Source: Octopus bimaculoides (lineage: Eukaryota). Taken from it: DNA of 63,932 nucleotides. Location: contig NC_068990.1 of NCBI RefSeq assembly GCF_001194135.2, forward strand, positions 8,193,283 through 8,257,214, in the 5' to 3' direction. This document shows, piece by piece, positions 52,387 to 63,932 of this stretch; positions within the stretch are counted from its first letter, which is position 1; each line of letters opens with the position of its first letter. The notes below the pieces were generated by a model. It saw only the letters and a list, made by a program, of their open reading frames with translations. It did no database searches and was not told the DNA's origin. The position numbers and the translations under genes are program-made.

Positions 52387-53604
52387 AATATATATATGTA
52401 TCATCTTTCGTGCATTTTTAATAACTTAAGATGACGTTGATGGTGTCAAATGTCAGATGGCTAAATTACAATTTTCAGCCTTCCATAAACTTATAATCGA
52501 ATATATAGATGACATTATACATCAGTTAAGAAATTCCGTTTGTTCCCACCGCACTTCTCAATAACAATATGAATAGTCTATACCTCGGGTCCTTTTGAAC
52601 CTATCAAATTGTAAATGAGATGGAGGTTAAAGTCTCTATGATAGCACGTTAGATTTTCAGAATATGTTAACCTTAGATCGTTTAAAACTAAGTAATGTAA
52701 TCCAGCAACATTATTTATTGGGGAAAAACGAAAAGATTACAATAAACGCCTATGCTATAGAATTGCGTATCTCACTGCTAACGTTTTCCCAACTGGATTA
52801 TGATCGTGAGATCGTACACTCATCACACATTGCTGTGGATTCTTTGAGCTGTTAATAAGCTATCTTAAATCTATAATTATTGCAAAACAAATTATGTTTA
52901 TTTCTAAACTTCCAATATTTCTACAGAAAATTTCATAAAAATACAGTAGTTATTCATTTCAATCTATTTATTCCTCCTTATTTAATGTGTAAAGTTAATG
53001 TCTATATTTAATGTGTAAATCTATAAGTCATTAGAAACGTGGAAGTATTAAGTCTAACAATAAGCATTATTCTAACTATATTAGTAAGTAATAGCATGAA
53101 AAGTAAATTATTTTTAATCTAAATACTGATAGGCGCCTGGTTGATACGATAAGATAATAATGTAAGCGACTACAACACTTGTAATCATACTGCTATCATT
53201 ATTATCGGATATGAAGGGGCACATGCATCACCTACTAGAAATCGCAGCCAAATACCTTGCAAGTCACTCGTTACTCTCATAAAGAATACATGCAACAGTA
53301 TTGTCATGCATATATAGCAAAATTGTAAAGCAGAATCATTATGTCTCGAATACCCCCGTTCTTACATGTAAACCATTAATTAGGGTTGACATGGAACTAA
53401 AGGTGAATAATAGTTTGGAGACCTAAAAATTTGATATTTTTCATTTTCTTATCAAACTTCAAAATTTTATTTACTTGTTACCAAAGGGACCTACAATGAT
53501 TCGCTAGGATTCAGCGGGTTAATTAATTCACTGTTATGCCAATCTTGATAACAGTACTTAGGTTTAACTTTTAGCTTTACGTCCTAATGTTCGCCTTTTC
53601 AGTA

Positions 53605-54020
53605 TTTATTTATTTTATTTTATTTATTTTATTTTATCTAGTTTCAGCTCATGAGCTGTGGCCATGCTGGGGCACCGCCATTTGGTGTTGCTACACAATT
53701 TTACTTCATGAATTTTACTTCAGGAATTGACATTTGGTGCATGAGAGAGTTTGATGCAGCTGCTCTCATCTGCGCCTCCTGCCGTGAAGTTGGTTCATCT
53801 GGGACACCTGACAGGAAAAGGTCCAGCCTTGTCTTGAAGACACCTACATCCACCGCATGCAGGTCTCTCAGGTCCTTCGGGAGGATATTGAAGAGCTGTG
53901 GACCTTTGAAGCCCAGGCTATTGCAGTATCTTGTCCTACATCTTGATGGCACATTTGGAGTCCTTGGCACTATGCAATGGCGTCCAGTTCTTTTATTTGT
54001 GTAACATTCGATGCCTGTAT
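53605..54020 (-). mobile_element. 5'-truncated CR1/L2-group LINE 3' end with intact ORF C-terminus, stem-loop and (ATAAA)n tail
   Basis: RTGRHCIVP...RTRYCNSLGFKGPQLFNILPKDLR...FKTRLDLFLSGVPDEP; 3' UTR GGCGGTGCCCCAGCATGGCCA-CAGCTC-AT-GAGCTG-AAACTAG followed by ATAAA repeats. Confidence 0.9.
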
Positions 54021-54458
54021 TTCTTAAGTAGTAACAAGTGAAGCTGCCATTCAATCATTACCATTTCCTTCTTCGATACAGTAGAAGAAATTTTTTTATT
54101 TCAAATGACATTTTGTATCCGTTATTGACTCTCTAGATCTCTGACAAAAGTCGTAATCACTCTTTAATTAATTGTATACTCGAAGAATATTAGCCGATAT
54201 ATTCTCTTAATTCTGATAACGATTGTTTTTAGCTAATAAGTTCAAGGGATTAATATTCTAACATACTTATCCAATGTCCATCCTGATGACCTAATTTTGG
54301 CAAAATACATAGTGGTGTTAGGGGTGAATCATATTTATTCACTGTTTTTTTTACATCGGAGGGGACGTATTCCGTCTTTGAATGTGGCTTCATGATGAGG
54401 CCCAAAAAGTTGATATATAAAATCTATGTATCCATAAAGGATTCTTATATATATATAT

Positions 54459-54538
54459 AAACGTTAAAGACTTTTTCACTTCCCGAGCGTTATACTAATA
54501 TATGTGTTCGTCTTTTGTTTCTTTGTGTGAATTCCCCC

Positions 54539-54540
<2 letters not shown>
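54459..54540 (+). mobile_element. Short 3' fragment of the second HHR/Penelope family
   Basis: AAACGTTAAAGACTTTTTCACTTCCCGAGCGTTA...TTCGTCTTTTGTT...AATTCCCCCTATATA aligns with 50045-50150. Confidence 0.75.
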
Positions 54541-54622
<82 letters not shown>

Positions 54623-54866
54623 TGTGTGTGTATGTATATGCATGTATGTATATATATATTATTGTCATTGGAGAGACATTCTGTTTTAGTGCCTTATTAT
54701 TTAACACACTCACCGATTTGACTTCCACTCATTTACTTATATATTTTTTCTAAAATTTTCGTTGTGCATTGCAATCTTTTCAATTGTCATTGTGAGTGTG
54801 CATATACATACACACACACGCACACGCACATATATTTATATATGTATGTATATATATGCATGTATG

Positions 54867-54919
<53 letters not shown>

Positions 54920-55105
54920 TGTGTGTATGTAGGTATGTGTGTGTGTGTGTGTGTAAGTGTGTCCCTGTTATTTCTAAGTTCCACATCAATTTCGTTGTTC
55001 CGGGTGTTCTTTTCTGTATAAATGGTATATCTGGCCGCAGTTAATATGGAATATATCACAGATATACGAGGGGGTATTGTTATTGCTTTAATCCCTATCG
55101 GGATT

Positions 55106-55114
55106 CTACTACTG

Positions 55115-55168
<54 letters not shown>

Positions 55169-55186
55169 TTACAACTACTGCTGTTG

Positions 55187-55244
<58 letters not shown>
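55106..55244. repeat. (CTA)n trinucleotide microsatellite
   Basis: Directly visible; similar at 12435-12497. Confidence 0.95.
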
Positions 55245-55360
55245 ATATTTGTAATTATGCTTATTCATAACTTCATAGCAAGTATTTCTCAAATACGTTG
55301 AATTACTTTTTAATACCCACAGAGAATCTTTACTACTTCGTGTATTGATTTCCTTGTCGC

Positions 55361-55455
<95 letters not shown>

Positions 55456-58400
55456 AACACACACGCACATAATGTCTGCACGAATTATTATTAAAAGAAT
55501 TATTTTTGTATCCTTGTGGCAAATGCCAGTAATTGTTATTACTAATGTGAAATGAATATAATAAATATATTTTTCAGATTAAACATATTCATTTGTACTT
55601 CGAGATACACGATAGATATTTGCGTTTTTGCTTCTACTTTCTTATAAAGATTTAATAACACTACCATTTTCCTTGCAAGAGACATAGCCAAAATAGCGCT
55701 TTGCACGATGTTGTAATCGTTAAATATATATATAGACAGTCGTTCCAATTATGGGTGGAATTTAACCTGCCGCAAGATACTGTCTAATATTTTAACGAAT
55801 CTTACAAGGAATAAGCATTATTCTGTTTTGCGTAGTTTATATTAGTTTTATCAGCTGCTTCATAAATACTAGATTAAGTAGATAGTCTGAAGAAATAAAT
55901 GACCATACATTTTGGAGTCAGGGTCTTGTTAATCATTCATACCTTTTCCTAGGGCCTCAACGCCAGTTTCAGCGGATTATTGGATGAAAATTAAGCCTAT
56001 ATTTCGGAATATGTGGTAGTTGTCAATAGATTTGATTTGAGAGAGCATATAAAATGCTTTATTTATTGCTAAAAGATATTTATAAAATTTTTGAAAAATA
56101 TCGACATAAGAGAAAAATTGAAATTGAAACAAAATCCGGACTATTCTAGTCTTGAAGTTAAAATTGTGCGATAGTATATGAGATATATGAACCTTGGTCT
56201 AAGTATTTTTATTCATATTTCTTTGTTAAAACTTATTCCTGAGTGCAATATTCAGTATGGCAGGGTTATTAATATTACTAAATAAATATCGATGCAAATG
56301 AACGTGAAGCAGTGATACGACAGTGATAATATGGAGTGATATTGATTTTCATATGACAATACAGGGACATTATTAAGCGTAATGTTTTACATTCTATGTG
56401 TCAATGTAAGTGCTGTATCTATTCATTCCAAATTATTCACCCTTCTGGAAAGAAATATTATGTAAATGTGATACAGTGAATTGGCTGATTAAGTAACTTT
56501 TCTCTTCGATTTGTTCGTACCACGTATCAATATGAATAATGATACTAATAATAACTATACGATACTAAAGGTACAACATTACATGCTTTCTTAAGTTCTT
56601 GTGAGAAATGCCATCCTAGAAAGAAAAAAAGCGTGTTCCATATAAATACTGCCCTGCCAATGCTTTCTACATTGAGTTTCACTTAGACTGCTAATGACGT
56701 AAAAGTAACTGAAAATAAATAAATAATTCGATAGTTTTCAAGCTCGTCGGCCTTGGAACTCCAGAGTTATTATATCTACGAGAAAGAGACATTTTAGCCT
56801 GTAATTACAACAAACATACGTAAAAATGTCTTTAATGCAACTTTTACGAGGAAATGAAGTCATTTACCTTCGTGAAGTGTTGGATACCATGTATTTTTAT
56901 TTTTATTATTTAATGGCTTTTAATATTATTACATCCAGAATAAAATCTATAGTACATGTCATTTTTATGTAATAATCTCTCGTAAATGCCCACAGGTTAG
57001 ATACGCAAACCTATAACAAGAACCGTAGGACGATATGAAAATAATACCTTGGGATCAGGCGAATAACGAATGATGGAGATCAACGATGTGAAATACCAGT
57101 TGGGATTGTGAATAATATTCATCCGCTGATGAATATAACGCATGATGTATGCGTTTCATTATTATATTTCTCGGAAATTAGATTCAACTCAAGTACAAGA
57201 ATAACAACGTATGTAACAGCAGGAGCTGTAATATCCAAGTTCACATATTAGTATTATCTCGATGATGAAGCCCAACTAAACAAAATTGTGAATTAATACT
57301 GAATGGCTTATTTCCTCGTCAACTGTTCATTGCATTTAGAATAACTATTCCACACATATTCTTGGGAGACTTGTTTCATGAATTTACATTTCCAGTCAAT
57401 TTCTATGCATATATTTTTAAAAACATTATTTCTAATAATGTATTTTGTATGTATAACAGGAACGCTTAATAGTATTTTTCACATCTTCCTAAAAGAATGT
57501 TGGATCTATCTTATTTTACACTATTTTAGAAAATTACTTTAAACTAAAAATTGACTTAAGATAACAAAAACAAATGAATTAATAAACAACCAAATGAATT
57601 AATAAACATGTTTTTCATTTGACAGCATTTGTAATGAGTAGAAATAATTTAACGAGAGAGGATAAAAATTGTGTACAAATAAAAATCTAATTAAAGAAAT
57701 TACACTCTAAGGTTGTGTGTTAAGGACTAGATGATTCCAATAATCTTTTATATGAACTTAGTAATATTACATAATATACCCAAAGCCCTTTACTGAAGAA
57801 AAGCAAGGAAATTTATTCTTATTTTTTATGATACACAAAATTGAATTACTTTGATGATTCTCTTGTGATGGCGACCTCTCTATAATATAATAGGGTAACA
57901 TCCAATTCATAAGAGATATTTGTTTCTTCATGAAGCCATTATATCAATGAATATTAATGAAATACTTTCTTGCAAGTTTAAATTTTCCATTGGTGTGTAC
58001 TTTCAAAGCTAAGGCATTTCGTGCTGGAAAATATATATTTCTTAACCATTACTATAAACTCTTCAGAATTTGTTGGTGGTACTGATTCTTTATTCTCCTT
58101 TTCCAGACGAGGCAACCTTTATTCTATAAAACCACATTGTGTTCTAAACATAAACTGAAAATATTATGTCTTTTTGCATAAAAATCTAACAATCAATATC
58201 GGAATTACATTTTCATCAGCCACAGATTTTGATAATGGTCTTCCTGTTCCCGCACACTGGTGAAGAAATTTTGAATATTCTTTGTTTGGAAAGAGACGAT
58301 GTGATAAAACTGAAACAATTTCTTTGTCGTAAATTCATGATAGCTATTTGAAAAAGAAACACGTATCACATAGGACAGAAATTTATTTATATTGTATAAT

Positions 58401-60507
58401 ACTAATAATATAAGCAAAATGAGACCATGTTTAAAGCACAGATTATGTGCACCACTGTCATGTATAGGTGTGTGTACATACGAGTTTGTTTACACCCATA
58501 CACCCATACACACATATGTATATATATATATATATATATATATNNNNNNNNNNNNNNNNNNNNNNNNNNNNNNNNNNNNNNNNNNNNNNNNNNNNNNNNN
58601 NNNNNNNNNNNNNNNNNNNNNNNNNNNNNNNNNNNNNNNNNNNNNNNNNNNNNNNNNNNNNNNNNNNNNNNNNNNNNNNNNNNNNNNNNNNNNNNNTATA
58701 TATATACATAGTCATATACGCAACCATACACATACGTACAAACACACAACTATAGATAGTGTGTGTATGTGAGTATGGAAAATTTATTTATTCCTATCCA
58801 TTGCATTTTCGATAGTAGACCAACGTTTATTACGCATTGTTACCACAATTCCTATATTAATAATGTGCTCTGATTAACTTTTACATCGTATTTAGTTTCC
58901 ATTTCACAAAACAGAGACTAACCTTTTAGAATCGATATGTGTATGTGCACGTGCGTACGTGTGTGTGTTTGTGTGTGTGCAGCACATGAAGCTAAATTAT
59001 GTGTAGAACGTGCCATTCCAATTATCTAGAAGTATCTTTTGATACAATTGATAATCTATTGAATCAAACTTAATGTCAGCTGAAAAGAATAGAGAGAAGT
59101 GATCATTTCTAGTTTGAAAATAATTGTTTGCCGAAGAAGCCTCTATGCACTCGTATATCATATTAGCTCATAGTAATCATACTGGATGCAGTATATTCAC
59201 TTCTTACAATATTCTAAAGGGTCCATAAATACTAGTTTAACTCTAATTTTATTCAGTCTTCTTTGACTGTAAAACAATCTTTGCATAATCGTCGTATTAT
59301 AGTATAGAGAATCATGGCGTTTTAGTCATTTTATACGGAAGTCAATGAGAGTAATCTTTGAAACTACCGTTCTTTGTCGAATAATAGGTTACATAGCATG
59401 ATCTACATAATTGGTCGGCTTAAACTACTGTCTTTGTATTCAAAACCATATAATAAATATTTCGTTTCATAGTCAATAAAGTGTAACAACTGGTCATTTT
59501 ACTGGACCTATGCTTCACATCATTGGAGTTTTAAGTGTATAACGTCAATGTCACATAATAACAATGCAGTCTAACACCATTCTCAGTAAGCGTTCATGCC
59601 TTCTTTATATTTTCCAAAATGTATACATATATACAGAAAGATATAAGTGATAGGAAGAGAAGAAATAGATGAAAATTCGGACCAATTTTCTGTTCTCTTA
59701 CAGCATTCAATTTTGTAAGATGCAACCTACACACTCACTCACGCACGCACGTACACACACATACTCAAATTCACGAACGCATGCATATATGAATATAATA
59801 TTGCATATTTGTATATGTTTGTATGTGCGCCTAAGTGTGTGTATGTGTGTTTGTTTATGGATGTTTGCATGAATACGTGTGTCTGTAGAATGAGAGAGTG
59901 GTAGATATATAGATAAGAAGGGAATTGCTAAAAATGATTACAGCGAAATAACACAGATGGACATGTAAGTTGGTAAATGCGTTAAGTGGCGAATACGGGA
60001 AAAACAATTTATAAAACTTGAAACTCGGAGACATTAAACAATACTTCCATGGGAATTATTTTCGACTCTGAAGCAAAACTAGAGGTCCTTTGTATTAAAT
60101 AATATAGTTCAAGATTGTTACCTAGCCTGGAGAAACTATCAAATATTCTTGAAGCACGAAAATACATTTTTCTCTGAAACTGTTAGATTCTTGAAATTAC
60201 CTCTCCATTTCAAGTAGCAATAAATGCTAATTTTCATGAGGACGTTTTTGCATGCACGATTCTGAATAACAAATATATATTCGGCTTTTTCATGGTTTTG
60301 ATTCATTACTAAATTTCGTTATCAATATTACAGTTCACCGTGTTTCACAGAATAGTTCATTTCTTTAGTATCTGTTATAAAACTAAATTTCAGAGCAATG
60401 ACAAATAAGAGCATTGAAATTAAGGTGTGTAAACGATTACCATTTGTCTCTAATCCAAATTTTATAATTGCGGTTCCTGTATTTTCTAATGTAATTTCAA
60501 ATATTAG

Positions 60508-60695
60508 TTTCAAATTTTGGCATAGAGCCGGCAATTTCAGGTTGGTGTATCAGTGAATTACATAGACCCTGGCAAACAACTGGTACTTATTTCATGAAGC
60601 CCGAAATGAAGAATGGCAAAGCTGACCTCGGCGGAATTTGAACTTCGAGTGTAAAGTGCAGACGAAAAGCTGTTAAGCAGTTCGCCTGGCGTGCT
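60508..60695 (-). mobile_element. tRNA-derived SINE copy (family of 14994-15203)
   Basis: tttcaaattttggca..gcc.gca / actggtacttattt / gacctcggcggaatttgaa align with 14994-15190. Confidence 0.8.
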
Positions 60696-61798
60696 TTGGG
60701 TTATTCGAAGCTAATTGAAAAACAACTGCTGTACAAGAAATTCGCGAAAGATATATATTGGTGATAACATTTACTATTAAATTTTAAAGTAAAATATTTT
60801 TAGAAAGATTACCAAGAGAAATGTTATCTTTACGATCTCTATTTTGAAAGGTTCAATATTCGGAGGACAAATATTAGTTTGATATCTAGTTAATTGTTTA
60901 ATTAGCCTTTCGTTGCAGAAAGAAATGAGATTGTTATATTTCAAGCTATACAACAATACAAAGCAAAAAAAACAAAAAAAACCCCAAAAAAACGAAATCC
61001 AACTCCTTCAGCATATTCAAAAATTTCACTTTGCATTCCATACGATTTCTGTCTCCTTGACTGAATTTTCAATAGTAAGAGAAATGTGGTACTTGGAAAT
61101 TTAAAACAGCACGTTGTTTGTTTCTTTGCATGTGTACATGTGTGTNNNNNNNNNNTATACATATATATTCACGTGGTAATTTGTCGCGTAGCGTTAATTT
61201 GTACATTGTCCATCTCGATCACGTATGATAAATATTACCTGGGGTGAGTACGTGAAAGGGAATCAAACTAGTCATCTAGCAGAAAAACTAGGTCTATATA
61301 TTCTGTGATTGTGCATTGGCAAGTTAGGTCTGGGCGGTAAATAACTAGATAGATCAGTTTTCATGGAAACAAGCTACAACTGAGCGTTGCAAGACACGCA
61401 GTTCCATTTGGGGTCATTCTGATTATAAAATTCAAGCAAAAATCTATCCATAGCGACATTTCACTAACCATGAACACAAGTTAGTAATACAAATCTTCTT
61501 CGGCGGTATCTTGATAGATAAATTGCAATCACATTCTCTAGTTATCAAAATGAAACTTTAGCACTAATTAAATATTTTAAAAGCAAATTATCAATATATT
61601 TTATCTTCTAAGTATTGGTGAGTAATGTTAAATGTGTGTGTTAAAGAAGTCTATGGTAAAGCCAAATTGCATAGCCAATTTTTATAATGTTCTTTAACAC
61701 ACACTTCTTATTTTCGGTCACTATCTATATGTACACACAAAAACACACACACATACACACACACACACACGCATATATATGTATATATATATATACTC

Positions 61799-61855
<57 letters not shown>

Positions 61856-62904
61856 TGTATGTATAACAAGTAATATGCATACATACATATATATATGTGT
61901 GTGTGTGTGCAGTGTGCGTACGTGCGTGTGAGTGTGAGAATTGCTTTATCAAGAGCAAGGCTTAGGTAATGGATGCATTTCCTATTATAAATGATGCAAA
62001 CCTGGAACCTACCAATTAGTGACGTGATTTCAAAATATTATTTAGTTTGATTTTATTATTGTTACCGTTGAGTTAAATGTTTTTAAGAGATAAATTTTGA
62101 AAAGCTGCAGTCCCTCGCTTTCGGTAAATATGTTGCTTATTTTTAGTAGATTTTTGACTTATTTAGTCCCTCGATAGCGTGAGGCATTAATACACAGTTA
62201 ATGCCCTTTATATATAATTAAATATATCTATGAAGAAACGATGAATTTTTTCATTACGAAATTTTTCGTTATTTTTTCATTATGAGGATTTTTCACGCTG
62301 ACTACTTGATAAATTCTTATAAAGAATTTATCCTATATTATATATATACATACATATATATNNNNNNNNNNNNNNNNNNNNNNNNNNNNNNNNNNNNNNN
62401 NNNNNNNNNNNNNNNNNNNNNNNNNNNNNNNNNNNNNNNNNNNNNNNNNNNNNNNNNNNNNNNNNNNNNNNNNNNNNNNNNNNNNNNNNNNNNNNNNNNN
62501 NNNNNNNNNNNNNNNNNNNNNNNNNNNNNNNNNNNNNNNNNNNNNNNNNNNNNNNNNNNNNNNNNNNNNNNNNNNNNNNNNNNNNNNNNNNNNNNNNNNN
62601 NNNNNNNNNNNNNNNNNNNNNNNNNNNNNNNNNNNNNNNNNNNNNNNNNNNNNNNNNNNNNNNNNNNNNNNNNNNNNNNNNNNNNNNNNNNNNNNNNNNN
62701 NNNNNNNNNNNNNNNNNNNNNNNNNNNNNNNNNNNNNNNNNNNNNNNNNNNNNNNNNNNNNNNNNNNNNNNNNNNNNNNNNNNNNNNNNNNNNNNNNNNN
62801 NNNNNNNNNNNNNNNNNNNNNNNNNNNNNNNNNNNNNNNNNNNNNNNNNNNNNNNNNNNNNNNNNNNNNNNNNNNNNNNNNNNNNNNNNNNNNNNNNNNN
62901 NNNN

Positions 62905-62935
<31 letters not shown>

Positions 62936-63817
62936 CATACATACATACAATTCTTTTCTGAGTATTTGAATGTCGTTTTTAATATCAAGCAACCACGTGT
63001 ATTATATCTGTATTCACTATACCTATTGTGCCTTACAGTAAGTTAAGACTTAATTCGTTGATATGGATATTTTAATATTGCACCTCACTATCAGTAGACT
63101 ATTTCTAGGAAATATTAATGGAAAACAGGAATAGCAATCTAGCAGATAGAGAAGGCGATTACAAGAGACCGATAAGAAAAGCACATATTTTATGGTCTTC
63201 GAAGGCATTATAAATGTGGCAGTTTGCTATCAGTACCATCAAATTTATTTACTTTGTTTTCCGTGCATTTTTTTAATATTTCAGTTGTTACTCAAATTAA
63301 GACGGAATGGCGTTTCTTCTCTCGTATATTCAATATGCAGATATATTAATGAAATAGAGTTTTGTTGGCTATCGACAAATAAACTACGAGGCTTTAGATA
63401 GTATTTTATTAAGCTTATTTACTGTATTACTTGGTTTAAGTCTTTATAAATGATTATGATGGCGGACAAGGCTTTGCAATTTTCTTTTCATGTATACTAC
63501 ACAATTGCCTCGTCAAATTCGGTTTCAGGGGAATTGAATTGGAATAACGTATGATTAAGTGATAGGAATTACTATATGCATCTTAAAATCTATGAAATAT
63601 GATACCTTTGTTAATAACAATGCGAAGGACCAGCAATGTTAAACACAATTTCATCAACATTTTATTGAATTGTAAGAATGAAGCATTATAAAATTGAAAT
63701 GTAGATGAATTGGGTTTCTACTGATGTTGAAATATGTGTTTATCGGTATATTCAATATGCTAGTTATATTAAATATCGACTGTAGATTATACGTTGTACA
63801 CACACACACGCACACAC

Positions 63818-63848
<31 letters not shown>

Positions 63849-63886
63849 TGTATGTATGTATGTATGTATGTATGTATGTATGTATG

Positions 63887-63932
<46 letters not shown>

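Noticed and set aside
54277-54316. CTGATGA-CC-loop-GG-CAAAA hammerhead-like motif
   Set aside because: GAAA is absent and the stems are too short to distinguish from chance.

Overview
AT-rich, microsatellite-dense eukaryotic non-coding DNA with many N-gaps. The SINE and LINE repertoire matches what I recall of octopus genomes (inference, not checked). No complete host gene is supportable. The window is a patchwork of decayed mobile elements: a near full-length Tc1 (DD34E), a Chapaev-like transposase, a maT/DD37D element, a mariner built from two inverted 5' ends, a MITE, MULE and BEL relics, non-LTR fragments (CR1/L2-group, R4/Dong, CRE, RTE), two Penelope relics and many tRNA-derived SINEs. 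The most interesting signal is a ~260-bp element at 29386-29646 (-). It joins a tRNA-derived Pol III head to a minimal hammerhead ribozyme (HHR) with a palindromic ACGU stem III, has self-complementary ends, and is followed by an inverted copy of its own tail. A second copy lies at ~285-420. An HHR-like motif of the same architecture sits in a Penelope 3' end at 50020-50055. Also notable: a canonical solitary C2H2 finger at 35182-35250 (-) and a diverged 210-bp inverted repeat at 44.7-45.4 kb. Most provided ORFs are microsatellite or N artefacts.
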